64,000 nt of DNA. Source: a virus. This document shows, one piece after another, positions 26,401-35,878 of this stretch. The translations under genes were made by a program, and so were the position numbers. Under the pieces are notes generated by a model that saw nothing but the letters and a program-made list of their open reading frames with translations, made no database searches and was not told the origin of the DNA. The DNA lies in the IMG/VR virus record IMGVR_UViG_3300042517_000577, positions 8,166 through 72,165 of that record. One strand, written 5' to 3'. The first letter of the stretch is position 1, and every line of letters begins with the position of its first letter.

Positions 26401-29400
26401 TGATTATACATCAAGTTCACGTAGTCCATTTGATTATATTTCCAGAAAATTCACTTCAGCATCAAATAATTCGGCAAATATTTTAAAATCTAATGAGTCT
26501 GTAGTTTTTGATTATAAGTTCTATCTCCCAAGAAGTGATAAACTGACTTTAGATAAAGATGGAAACTTTAACATCGTACTAGGAGAACCCAGTGAGTTCC
26601 CAATAGTTCCAAAAGTATCTAAAGAAGTTCTCGATGTAGCTACGATTAGATCATCTGCCTATGTTTTCGATGTCAATAAGGACATTGAAATTGAATTAGT
26701 GGATCACAAACGTTACACTATGTCTGATATTAGAGATCTTGAAACTAGAATAGAAAATCTGGAGTATTATACTTCACTATCACTTCTAGAAGTAGCAACT
26801 CAAAATCTTTTAATTGAAGATGCTGATGGATTTAATAGATTTAAGTGTGGATTTTTCGTTGATAACTTCAAATCTTACGATGGAGCAGATCAAAATAATA
26901 GCATCTTTAGAGCAGAAATTTCTAACGATTCCTTAAAAGCAGAAACTGTTAGAACAGAAATTGATTTAGTTCAAACCTCAGCAACAAATTTACAAGTTAC
27001 TGGCAATAGTTTAACCTTAAAATATTCCGAAAAAGAATATCAAAAGCAACCATTTGCTAGCAAATTAGTCAATATAAATCCATTTAATATTGTAACTTGG
27101 TCTGGTAGAATGGAGTTGCTCCCAGATAGTGATAGATGGGAGGTTAGAGTTGATGTTGATGATAGATCTCCAGTACAAGGATCTTTTTGGCAAGCATTTA
27201 CTGCAGAAAGAACAAGAACAGAAAGATCAAATATTAGATATATTAGATCTAGAAATATTGGATTTGTTGCCACAAGAATAAAACCAATTAATAAGTTTGA
27301 TTTCTTATTTGATTCCAGAAACTTATCTAACAACAGTTTAGAATCTACTTATGCTTTCCCCAAACTGGTTCAAGTATCAGGTGTAACTGGAAGTTTTGAA
27401 GTTGGTGAAACTGTAAGTGGTTCAGATTCGAATGGAAATACTGCTAGTTTTAGATTATGTACTCCAAATCATAAGTCTGGCACGTATAATAATCCATCAT
27501 CAATTTATAATGTAAACCCATATAGTCCAAATACATCAATTCCAGAATTATATGGTCCAGAATCAACAATATTAAATGTTGATGTAGATTCATTAAGTGA
27601 TATTAGTGCTTCACAATTCTTTGGAAATATCACAGAAGGAATGAGTTTGGTAGGACAATCCTCTGGTGCATTAGCAACTGTTTCTTCCGTGGAATTGGTA
27701 AGTGATGACAACGGAGCATTAATTGGGGCATTCTTCATACCAAATCCAGAAGAAAGTGATGTTACTTTTGAAACTGGAAACACAACTGCAAAAGTCGTTT
27801 CTTCTCAAGGTTCAAGTGCTGCAGAAGCAAACTTTATATCTGAAGGAGAAAGAATTACTACAACTAGAATAACCTACGCAGATCCTCTAGCACAAACATT
27901 CAATGTACCAGAGGAGCAAGGAGTATTTGTAACATCTGTTGATATCTTCTTTGGTTCTAAGGATGATACGATTCCAGTCGAACTTCAAATTAGAGAAGTA
28001 TCTTCAGGAATTCCAGGAGGTCCAGATAAAATTGTTGGATCTCTTTCGAAAGTGTTGAACCCAAGTGAGATTGGTATAAGTGCTGATGGATCTGTTGCCA
28101 CTAACTTCAAGTTTGATAATTTGACTAGATTAGAGGGTGGAAGAGAATATGCAGTTGTTCTCATCTCAGATTGCGATTCCTATAATGTTTGGGTATCTAG
28201 AGTAGGACAGGTTGAAATTTCAACTGCCTCATTACCAGAGATACAAAAAATTATTATTGGTAAGCAACCTTCTCTCGGTTCAATATTTAAATCTCAAAAT
28301 GGTTCTACTTGGACTCCAACTCAAGAGGAAGATTTGAAATTTACATTAAACCGTGCAGAATTCTCTAACACTGGTGGAACTGCATTCCTTACAAATGCAG
28401 TATTATCCGCAAAATCATTACAAAATAAACTTCCCACAAATCCACTTGCAGCATTATCATCATCTGCAGATTCTCCATATAATGATGGTCGTCATATCTT
28501 GGTCTATCATCCAAACCACGGAATGTATTCTGAAAATAATAAAGTAACTATTTCTGGCATTGATCCCGATGGACTGCCAGTGAAATTGACATCTCAACTT
28601 GATAAAGACTCAAGTGGTCCAATTGATCTCTCTTCAATTTCTGGATTTAATGTTTTTGGCGATATTCCAGTTGAAGCAGCTAACCCAGGATATATTAAAA
28701 TTAATGATGAGATTATTTCTTATGAGGAAGCAACAGGAGGACAATTAATTAACATTACTAGAGGACTATTAGGAACAGTAGCAGCAAATCATCCTTTAAA
28801 TTCAAAAGTCTATAAGTATGAGTTTAATGGAATTGATTTGAGAGAAATTAATACTACATTTGATAGCATTATTGATCCAACTATTGACAGTTACTACGTT
28901 CAAATTTCGAATTCTGGACCAGTTTTTGAATCTACTAAATTTGGTGGAGGAAGCAATGCTTATGCCACAAAGAATATCCAATTTAGTATGCTTGAGTTTT
29001 CAGAAGATTTTGTCATTAAGTATGAGGCAACATCAGTATCTTCTTCAGTAAGAACAGTATCTTCAACCAGTGTGTCTAGTTTGCCTGGAACAGAAGTTTC
29101 ATTTGCCGATCAAGGATTTGATGCAGTTTCTATCACTGGAGTGAATGAATTCAAAACACCTAGAATGGTTTGCTCTAGAGTAAATGAATTGGAATATCTA
29201 CCATCATCACAATTTACTGATAGAAAATCTTTCACAGTTCAATTGAATTTAGATACTTCAAACACATACCTATCACCAATTATTAATCTAGATTCTGCTT
29301 CGGCATTTGCTGAAAATTATAGAATTAATAAAGGGGTTGCAGATTATAAAATTGATTCTAGAATCAATTCAAATGTAAATGATCCAAATGCATTTATTTA

Positions 29401-29779
29401 CATTTCCAAGAGAATTAATCTCACAGAGTCTGCTACATCATTGAAAGTTCTCCACTCTGCCTATAGAAATGTTGATTCTGATATTAGAATTCTTTATAAG
29501 ATTTTTGATGATAAGTCACCAGATAACGATCAAATTTGGAGATTGTTCCCAGGATATAATAATCTAGATATTAATGGAAATATAATTAATTTTGAAGATA
29601 ATAATGGAAGACCTGATGAATTTGTTCCCGAAAGTTTAAAGGATGAGTATCGTGATTATACATATAGTATTGATAACTTGCCAGAATTTACTTCATTCTC
29701 AATTAAAATAGTTGGAACATCAAGAAATCAATCCTATTCACCAATATTAAAAGACTTGAGAGTGATAGCACTTAAATGA
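23408..29779 (+). CDS. VrlC / DUF4815-type large virion structural protein
   Basis: NLNVSPYYDDF, VQTRELNNLQS, APGADRLK, LARRTYDESG, GFFVDNF, DPLAQTF, DLRVIAL. Confidence 0.88.
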   Translation: MPQSTNLNVSPYYDDFSEDKNYYKVLFKPGVTVQTRELNNLQSILQSQIEKFGSKFFSNGGIVIPGNFAYDGNFSCIEIESTYKGVLVETYFENFVGKKIRGRNTGVTAKVEYVLSKDSADSTRKTTALYVKYLKSSSQDFDAEVFEDGEELVSEQDVTAGTTLFAQDSAVFRVLSPVDRTASSVGSSAKIEDGIYFIRGYFVDIEKNTVILDPYTNTPSYRVGLQITESIIDSNEDTDLVDNARGFSNYAAPGADRLKISATLIKKDIEDYNDDDFIELFRVENGIVRKIDQNDPYAFITDVLARRTYDESGNYYVRPYKVTARESLNDDFGNKGQYTSDEKTSGGLVPSDDLAVIKVSPGKAYVKGYEVPTTTTLIDYPKPRTTKTVDSSSSNFRTGNILKVNNIEGIPKIGITTDSSVLLHKVRLDDNHEVVADNQIGIARVYDYEYDNNSFSDESSEANLYLFDIQTYTEINTSATISGITNGDYIQGQYSNASGYVKSNSGQDITLYQVSGTFIINEPLVVCGISTITTIDTVVDYSIKDIKSVSSEDGTSFTADSVLSKKKNIDGPFNIVVSSGIATITSQDGSSFASGFKVSDIISYTIPSSTLPTYSGISTVGAGGTSITIDNTLVASVSNVCSNSLGSTGTLNKIKLVRPRIKNYNDSEFYAPLENPNVSEVSFLNSSIFVKKYYTGLTISSGTLDLPTLENTNFVYADFDEERYCVVLNDGTNISLSGDDFEITAGGKEASFDGLSPDGTANVIVTQIKSDISSKFKKLDRCQSVSITRSKYNPASNGLTYSRVYGRRVEDEEISLNYPDIFEVHGVFQSTNSDDPQLPELTISGLNTNSLIIGEKIVGQTSGAVAICVATPSSSRVSFIYKSKNTFNFNEIVTFEESETQATVTNITFGCDNILSEFIVDNGQRKHFYDIGRLIRKASSREPSKKLTIIFDYFKFKTTDSGDIISVNSYPSELYGDKIPVFKGVRNTDTIDTRPRVADYTSSSRSPFDYISRKFTSASNNSANILKSNESVVFDYKFYLPRSDKLTLDKDGNFNIVLGEPSEFPIVPKVSKEVLDVATIRSSAYVFDVNKDIEIELVDHKRYTMSDIRDLETRIENLEYYTSLSLLEVATQNLLIEDADGFNRFKCGFFVDNFKSYDGADQNNSIFRAEISNDSLKAETVRTEIDLVQTSATNLQVTGNSLTLKYSEKEYQKQPFASKLVNINPFNIVTWSGRMELLPDSDRWEVRVDVDDRSPVQGSFWQAFTAERTRTERSNIRYIRSRNIGFVATRIKPINKFDFLFDSRNLSNNSLESTYAFPKLVQVSGVTGSFEVGETVSGSDSNGNTASFRLCTPNHKSGTYNNPSSIYNVNPYSPNTSIPELYGPESTILNVDVDSLSDISASQFFGNITEGMSLVGQSSGALATVSSVELVSDDNGALIGAFFIPNPEESDVTFETGNTTAKVVSSQGSSAAEANFISEGERITTTRITYADPLAQTFNVPEEQGVFVTSVDIFFGSKDDTIPVELQIREVSSGIPGGPDKIVGSLSKVLNPSEIGISADGSVATNFKFDNLTRLEGGREYAVVLISDCDSYNVWVSRVGQVEISTASLPEIQKIIIGKQPSLGSIFKSQNGSTWTPTQEEDLKFTLNRAEFSNTGGTAFLTNAVLSAKSLQNKLPTNPLAALSSSADSPYNDGRHILVYHPNHGMYSENNKVTISGIDPDGLPVKLTSQLDKDSSGPIDLSSISGFNVFGDIPVEAANPGYIKINDEIISYEEATGGQLINITRGLLGTVAANHPLNSKVYKYEFNGIDLREINTTFDSIIDPTIDSYYVQISNSGPVFESTKFGGGSNAYATKNIQFSMLEFSEDFVIKYEATSVSSSVRTVSSTSVSSLPGTEVSFADQGFDAVSITGVNEFKTPRMVCSRVNELEYLPSSQFTDRKSFTVQLNLDTSNTYLSPIINLDSASAFAENYRINKGVADYKIDSRINSNVNDPNAFIYISKRINLTESATSLKVLHSAYRNVDSDIRILYKIFDDKSPDNDQIWRLFPGYNNLDINGNIINFEDNNGRPDEFVPESLKDEYRDYTYSIDNLPEFTSFSIKIVGTSRNQSYSPILKDLRVIALK

Positions 29780-30006
29780 TAAAAAAATATGCTAAAGTTG
29801 ATGGGTATCCAAATCTAATCAGAGATTTGGATACTAATGCAATAATTAATACAGATTCTGTAGAATCTGTCAATTATGATCGAAATAGAAGACTAAGGCA
29901 AAAAAAGGATAGTGAATTCAATAAGATCAAATCCGACATAGTCGAATTGAAGTCTTCAGTTGAAGAGATTAAAAATTTACTTAAGGAGATTATTGATGGA
30001 AAGTGA
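29776..30006 (+). CDS. conserved small coiled-coil protein
   Basis: VDGYPNLIRD..TNAIIN motif typically follows VrlC. Confidence 0.8.
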   Translation: MIKKYAKVDGYPNLIRDLDTNAIINTDSVESVNYDRNRRLRQKKDSEFNKIKSDIVELKSSVEEIKNLLKEIIDGK

Positions 30007-30178
30007 TTCCGTACAATTAACTAGTATTTCAAAGTTATTTGAATATGAAAAAATATCTAGGGAAATTGAAAATTGTAATGATATAAATGAATTGAAAAAT
30101 ATCTCCAAGTGTTATGTTAAATTATATTTTGCATTAGAAGAGATGATTCAGAATTTAAATCTAATGCCAACGGAATAA
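29996..30178 (+). CDS. hypothetical protein
   Basis: In-frame ATG at 29996 with GGAG RBS; LFEYEKISREI. Confidence 0.7.
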   Translation: MESDSVQLTSISKLFEYEKISREIENCNDINELKNISKCYVKLYFALEEMIQNLNLMPTE

Positions 30179-30200
30179 ATAACTAAAAAGTGTTTGAATA

Positions 30201-31031
30201 ATGGCAAAACCTGCATCAAGACAAGGATTAATCGATTATTGCTTAAGAAAACTTGGTGCTCCTGTATTGGAAATTAATATTGCAGAAGAGCAACTTGATG
30301 ATTTAGTTGATGATGCTCTGCAATATTTCCAGGAGAGGCATTTTGATGGTGTTGAAAAAATGTTTCTCAAGTATAAATTAACTCAAGAAGATAAGGATAG
30401 AGGTCGTGCTAGAGGTGGAGAAACATCTGCTGGTATAGTTACTACATTCGGGACTTCTGGAATTGGCACATTTGGTTGGGAAGAAAATAGTAATTATATT
30501 CCAGTTCCAGAAACTATAATCGGAGTGGAGAGGGTATTTAAACTTGACAATAGAACAATTTCATCAAACCTTTTTAATGTAAATTATCAATTGTTCTTAA
30601 ACGATATTTACTGGTTTAGTTCAACAGAACTGTTAAACTATTATGTCACAAAAAGATATCTTGAAGATATTGATTGGATAGTCAATCCAGAAAGAAGAAT
30701 TAGATTTAATAAAAGGCAAGATAGGTTATATTTGGATACAAGTTGGGATACTCTACAAGTAGATGATTATCTACTGATAGAATGTTATAGAATTTTAGAC
30801 CCAAATGATTACACTAAAGTGTGGAATGATTCATTCCTTAAGTTATATCTCACAGCATTAATTAAGAGGCAGTGGGGACAAAATCTAATTAAATTCCAAG
30901 GAGTAAAACTTCCTGGTGGAGTTGAGTTGAATGGAAGACAAATTTATGATGACGCATTGAAGGATCTTCAGGATATCCAAGATCGTATGATGCTAGAATT
31001 TGAATTACCTCCTATGGATTTAATCGGATAA
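30201..31031 (+). CDS. gp13: neck protein gp13
   Basis: YCLRKLGAPVLEIN, KRQWGQNLIKFQGVKLPGG, ELPPMDLIG. Confidence 0.95.
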   Translation: MAKPASRQGLIDYCLRKLGAPVLEINIAEEQLDDLVDDALQYFQERHFDGVEKMFLKYKLTQEDKDRGRARGGETSAGIVTTFGTSGIGTFGWEENSNYIPVPETIIGVERVFKLDNRTISSNLFNVNYQLFLNDIYWFSSTELLNYYVTKRYLEDIDWIVNPERRIRFNKRQDRLYLDTSWDTLQVDDYLLIECYRILDPNDYTKVWNDSFLKLYLTALIKRQWGQNLIKFQGVKLPGGVELNGRQIYDDALKDLQDIQDRMMLEFELPPMDLIG

Positions 31032-31032
31032 T

Positions 31033-32115
31033 ATGTTAAATTCATTTTTCCTACAAGGATCCAACTCCGAGCAAGATCTCGTTCAGGATCTAATTAACGA
31101 GCAATTAAAAATTTATGGGGTAGATGTTTATTATCTGCCCCGACAAATTTTTTCGGAAGGAAAAGTAATCAGAGATGTAATTTATTCCAAATTCAAAAAT
31201 GCCTTTCCAATAGAGGCATACGTTATGAATTATGAAGGATTTGATGCAAATAGTGTTTTGATGAGTAAATTTGGAGTTAAAGTTACTGATGAAATGTCTC
31301 TGATAATTTCCAAAGAAAGATTTGAACTTTATATATCAGAGTTGATGAAGAATATAGAAAATGTAAAGAGTTCTTTAAGACCAAATGAAGGAGACTTAAT
31401 TTATGTTCCATTAAGTGATAGTTTAATGGAAATTAAGTATGTCGAAAATAGAAAACCATTCTACCAACTTCAAAAGAACTATGTTTATGAATTGAGGTGT
31501 GAAGTTTATGAAATTGAAGACGATGAAATAGATACTGGTCTTAATGACATAGATTTAAAATTGAAGGATCTTGGATATACTTCAGTATTAACTTTATCTG
31601 CAATTGGATCTACTGCTACAGCATATACTTCCGTTTTAAATGGAGGAATTCGAAAAATAGATGTTATTGAGGGTGGATATGGATATACTTCATCCCCAAC
31701 TATCATAATTGAGGAACCAGAAACTGGAATTCAAGCACAAGTAGTTGGAATAGTAACAGAAAAGAGAAGTTTCTTAACAAAGAAAAGTTTAGATAAAATT
31801 TATATCACAAATCCTGGATCTGGATATACATCAACTGACTTGCCATCAATATCTTTCTTTGGGGGAAGTGGAACTGGAATAAAAGTAGTACCTACAATAT
31901 CCGATTATGGTAATATTGGAATAGTTACGATTACTTATCCAGGTTCAGGATATACTTCAGCACCTACAGTTACATTTTCACCTCCACCAGCAGCTGCCTC
32001 TGCTACTGCCACAGTAGATACGTTAGTTGAAGATAACTTTTCATATCCAATGAGTTTTGATTCAATAGAAGTCAAATTTGATTCCACCGAAATTACTTTT
32101 GATACTGAATTATAA
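31033..32115 (+). CDS. gp14: neck protein gp14 (N-terminal part, with an atypical FD-repeat C-terminus)
   Basis: EQDLVQDLINEQLKIYGVDVYYLPR, RPNEGDLIY, PFYQL; lacks the usual DFSExNPFG tail. Confidence 0.9.
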   Translation: MLNSFFLQGSNSEQDLVQDLINEQLKIYGVDVYYLPRQIFSEGKVIRDVIYSKFKNAFPIEAYVMNYEGFDANSVLMSKFGVKVTDEMSLIISKERFELYISELMKNIENVKSSLRPNEGDLIYVPLSDSLMEIKYVENRKPFYQLQKNYVYELRCEVYEIEDDEIDTGLNDIDLKLKDLGYTSVLTLSAIGSTATAYTSVLNGGIRKIDVIEGGYGYTSSPTIIIEEPETGIQAQVVGIVTEKRSFLTKKSLDKIYITNPGSGYTSTDLPSISFFGGSGTGIKVVPTISDYGNIGIVTITYPGSGYTSAPTVTFSPPPAAASATATVDTLVEDNFSYPMSFDSIEVKFDSTEITFDTEL

Positions 32116-32141
32116 ATATTTTTAAAGGTATCCTCAAATAG

Positions 32142-33860
32142 ATGGCAAAGCAAAATATAAACATAGGATCATCTGCAAATGATAGAAGTGGAGATTCTCT
32201 TAGATCTGGTGCATCTAAGATTAATCAAAATTTCAATGAGATTTATTCAACTTTTGGGGATGGCAATAGTCTAAACCAAGTATCTATACAAGGAGTTCAG
32301 GGAACTAGAGGTTCTCAAGGAATTCAAGGAACAATCGGTCAAGGAGTTCAAGGAATTCAAGGTCCTGCTGGATCTGGTGAAGGTGGAGGTTCTCAAGGAG
32401 TTCAGGGAATTCAAGGTCCTGCTGGATCTGGTGGTGGAGGGGGAGGAGGAGAATCATACTGGCAACAAACAGCAGCGGGTATTCATACACTTTCTAATGT
32501 TGGTATTGGAACTACAAATCCAACAAGTGCTCTTACAGTTAGTGGGAGTTTAAGTGTTTCTGGCATTTCCACATTAAGTTCAAATGTATCAATAGGTGGA
32601 ACTGTCTCTGTTAATGGTGGAGTAAAACTTGTAACAAATAATGCGACAATTGTAGGAACATCAGGAACAGTAGGAGAAATTAAGAGAATTGGTGGAGCAC
32701 CATTCTTCTATGATGGAAGTGCTTGGAGAGAATTTGTTCTTTCTTCAGGTACTCCAGTTTCTGTTCCTGCAGATACTGAATGGGATAGTGTTGTTTTCAG
32801 AGCAACTTTTGATGATAATTATACTGATGCAAAGTTTGGAGCAACTCCAGTTTATGTAAGTGCTGGTTCTAGTATTGTAGGTGCTGCAGTTACAATTGGA
32901 ACTGGTGCTTATAGAAATGATGGTTCTATTGGTGCTGGTATTTCTTATGCTTATAGGTCAGAATATGATTTTACAGGTTCTTGGACTATTGAGTTTTGGA
33001 TATATGTGGATTCTGGTCCTGTTTATTATAATCCAACATCTCCAGTATCTTTAGTTTCTATGCATTCAACTACTGGTATTGGTACTAGTGGAAATTGGTC
33101 TCTTGCTATGTGGAGGGATTTATCTAGTAATACACGAATTAATTGGTTTAACCAAAATGGTGTTGGAGCTGAATTATATATTCAAGCAGGTTCTGTTTGG
33201 GACAATTCATTTGTAGATAAATGGAATCATTTTGCACTTGTTAGGCAAGGTAATAATGGATCTCTACATTTTTATATTAATGGTACTGAAACTTCTAGTA
33301 CTATAGGTAATACTACAATTGATAATGATATACTCAATATAAGTACTAATGGATTAAATGTTGGAGGTGCTACTACTTTTACAGTTGGAAATTTAACTTT
33401 TAATTCAAATTCATCTGCTGATGTAATAATTGATGATATGAGAATTTCCTGTGGTGTTGGAACTGCAGGTCAAAGATATACATCTATTGGAATTAGTACT
33501 TATGCAACATTCACTCCTCCAACTACTGCACTTCCAACTACTGGAACACTTTCATCTTATGTTCAACCACCAGGAGACAAGTATGGTGAGATTACTTTAG
33601 GTGGTTCACCAACCTGGAGAGGAACTTCTGGAGTTACTGTTTCTCAACAATCTAGTGGAAACTATCGTGTAAGTTTTGCAAGTACTTATACTAATAAAAA
33701 TGATTATTATGTCCTATCTCAAGGTATGGATCAAGGATTTGCTTCTTATGTTGGTATTGCTAGATCTACAACTCACGTAGATTTATCAGTCAATAGACAG
33801 AGTAATGATGCTGCAGTTGATACTGGATCCCTTGCAGTTCAGATTAAAAATCATATTTGA
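32142..33860 (+). CDS. fibre protein: gp9/gp10-type N-terminus, collagen-like repeats, LamG/ConA-like domain
   Basis: N-terminus MAKQNINIGSSANDRSGDSLRSGASKINQNFNEIY resembles T4 gp10. G-X-Q repeats; WTIEFW, WNHFALVR, IDDMRIS. Own late promoter TATAAATA at 32111-32118. Confidence 0.85.
   Translation: MAKQNINIGSSANDRSGDSLRSGASKINQNFNEIYSTFGDGNSLNQVSIQGVQGTRGSQGIQGTIGQGVQGIQGPAGSGEGGGSQGVQGIQGPAGSGGGGGGGESYWQQTAAGIHTLSNVGIGTTNPTSALTVSGSLSVSGISTLSSNVSIGGTVSVNGGVKLVTNNATIVGTSGTVGEIKRIGGAPFFYDGSAWREFVLSSGTPVSVPADTEWDSVVFRATFDDNYTDAKFGATPVYVSAGSSIVGAAVTIGTGAYRNDGSIGAGISYAYRSEYDFTGSWTIEFWIYVDSGPVYYNPTSPVSLVSMHSTTGIGTSGNWSLAMWRDLSSNTRINWFNQNGVGAELYIQAGSVWDNSFVDKWNHFALVRQGNNGSLHFYINGTETSSTIGNTTIDNDILNISTNGLNVGGATTFTVGNLTFNSNSSADVIIDDMRISCGVGTAGQRYTSIGISTYATFTPPTTALPTTGTLSSYVQPPGDKYGEITLGGSPTWRGTSGVTVSQQSSGNYRVSFASTYTNKNDYYVLSQGMDQGFASYVGIARSTTHVDLSVNRQSNDAAVDTGSLAVQIKNHI
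32289..32450 (+). repeat. Collagen-like coding repeat with a 54-bp duplication
   Basis: caaggagttca(a/g)ggaattcaaggtcctgctggatctggtg at 32340 and 32394. Confidence 0.9.
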
Positions 33861-33906
33861 TGATTGTATTAGTGAGTAATAAATAAAATATAAACACATT
33901 AACACT

Positions 33907-34563
33907 ATGAGGACAGTTCCTGGATCAGGTGCCATATTGTCACCAACATTTAATAGTGAATATGGAGTATCCTCAATAGATGTTATTGATGGGGGATCTG
34001 GATATGCAACTACAGATCCTCCAAAAATAACAATAAACAATACTCAATCTCCAATAGAAGGGGGAATATTTTATCCAATTATTGAAAGTGGAGAAATAAG
34101 TTCTATTGTTATAATTGACCCAGGGGTAGGTTATTATCCAATATCCTCAAGTGTAACTGCCACTGGAATTGCATTTTTAAATTCATCTGGATCAGTTTCG
34201 GATATTAAAATTACCAATGCAGGTTACGGTTACACACAACCTCCGACAATTACAATTTCTGGAGGTTCCACAGTTTCTAGTGGAAACTTTATCTTTGGTG
34301 AGAATGTAACATCTTCAATTACTAACATAACTGGAATAGTTCAAAATTGGGATCCGACTACAAGAGAATTAAAAATATCAGGAATTGGATCAGATTTTGT
34401 AGTTGGTGAAATTATTACAGGAGAAACATCAAATTCCACATATATTATTTCTAATTATCAATCTCCAACATCTTCTACTAAATATGATGATAATGAAAAT
34501 ATAGAGAACGAAGCAGACCAAATCATAGATTTCAGTGAATCCAATCCATTTGGAGACGTGTAA
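33907..34563 (+). CDS. structural protein carrying the gp14-type C-terminus
   Basis: GSGY...PxITI repeats; ends DNENIENEADQIIDFSESNPFGDV; late promoter AATAAATA at 33878-33885. Confidence 0.75.
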   Translation: MRTVPGSGAILSPTFNSEYGVSSIDVIDGGSGYATTDPPKITINNTQSPIEGGIFYPIIESGEISSIVIIDPGVGYYPISSSVTATGIAFLNSSGSVSDIKITNAGYGYTQPPTITISGGSTVSSGNFIFGENVTSSITNITGIVQNWDPTTRELKISGIGSDFVVGEIITGETSNSTYIISNYQSPTSSTKYDDNENIENEADQIIDFSESNPFGDV

Positions 34564-34596
34564 TTTATTAAATAGTATAGTTAAGGGAATTTTAAA

Positions 34597-35451
34597 ATGC
34601 TTGGAGATTATTTTTATAATAAATGTATCCACAAAACAGTAGTTGCTTTTGGAACTTTATTTAATAATATAAAGATACAGCATAACGATGCTAATGATAA
34701 TTCTTTATCAACTTTTAAAGTTCCATTAGCATATGGACCAATACAAAAGTTTTTAGCTAGAGTAGAACAATCTCCAGATGGGAATAGGAGAGTTGCAACT
34801 ACTCTTCCTAGAATGTCATTTGAAATGATTTCCCTTGAATATGCCTCTGCAAGAAAATCATCAACAATTCAAACTTTCAAAGGAACTAGTTCTGTAGATG
34901 GAAAGGAAATAAAAAATATTTACGTTCCAGTTCCTTATGATATTGGGTTTGAATTGACTATCGTTTCAAAAATACAAGATGATTGCCTTCAGATTATAGA
35001 ACAAATTATACCATTCTTCCAACCATCATTTAATTTGAGTGTTAATTTGATCTCCGAAATAAACGAAGTCAAGGATATTCCTGTTATATTAAATAGAATT
35101 AATTTTAGAGATACTTATGAAGAAGATTTTAATCAGAGAAGACTAATTTATTATACATTAAGTTTCACAGCAAAAACTTATATCTTCAATCAAATACCAG
35201 ATGATTCTACTGGATTAATTAAGAAAGTTCAAGTTGATTATGCTACAGATGCAATAAAGAATGCCAAGAGAGAGATGAGATATACCGTAACTCCAAAGGC
35301 ACTTCAAGATTATAATGATGATGGAGTTATTAACTCACTCGATGATCCTCTAATTGAATATGGAGACGATTTTGGTTTCAATAGTCAATTAGAAAATTTT
35401 GGAGACTTCAAAGAATTTAGTACTTCACTAGGAACTGATGTTGATGCGTAA
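34597..35451 (+). CDS. gp15: tail sheath stabilizer/terminator gp15
   Basis: AFGTLFNNI, VPLAYGPIQKFLAR, LPRMSFEM, QIIEQIIPFFQP. Confidence 0.95.
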   Translation: MLGDYFYNKCIHKTVVAFGTLFNNIKIQHNDANDNSLSTFKVPLAYGPIQKFLARVEQSPDGNRRVATTLPRMSFEMISLEYASARKSSTIQTFKGTSSVDGKEIKNIYVPVPYDIGFELTIVSKIQDDCLQIIEQIIPFFQPSFNLSVNLISEINEVKDIPVILNRINFRDTYEEDFNQRRLIYYTLSFTAKTYIFNQIPDDSTGLIKKVQVDYATDAIKNAKREMRYTVTPKALQDYNDDGVINSLDDPLIEYGDDFGFNSQLENFGDFKEFSTSLGTDVDA

Positions 35452-35453
35452 TT

Positions 35454-35870
35454 ATGAAAGAAAATAAATTCAATTCTATAGAACAATCACTTAATATCGA
35501 AACTAGTTTGGCTCCCGTCGAACCAGTTGAGGTATCTTCTGTAGAAGTTCCAGATGATCCAAGAAAAGATTATGAATATACTAGAGCAAATTTATATAAT
35601 TTGATAGAAAAGGGTCAGGAAGCAATTAATGGTATTTTGGAGGTAGCACAAAGTTCAGATCATCCTAGAGCATATGAAGTTGCTGGACAACTAATTAAGT
35701 CTGTTGGAGATGTGAGTGACAAATTGTTAGATCTTCAGAAGAAAATGAAAGATCTTGATGCGCCAGTGAAGGGAAGTCCAACTACAGTAAATAATGCTTT
35801 GTTCGTAGGATCGACAGCAGAGTTATCAAAACTTATAAAACAAGGACTTCTAAATAATATCGAAGAGTAG
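35454..35870 (+). CDS. gp16: terminase small subunit gp16
   Basis: DYEYTRANLY, SDHPRAYEV, NNALFVGSTAEL. Confidence 0.95.
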   Translation: MKENKFNSIEQSLNIETSLAPVEPVEVSSVEVPDDPRKDYEYTRANLYNLIEKGQEAINGILEVAQSSDHPRAYEVAGQLIKSVGDVSDKLLDLQKKMKDLDAPVKGSPTTVNNALFVGSTAELSKLIKQGLLNNIEE

Positions 35871-35878
35871 TATTTACT

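Noticed and set aside
32142-33860. Diversity-generating retroelement target in the fibre gene
   Set aside because: No reverse transcriptase and no template/variable repeat pair is visible in the window.
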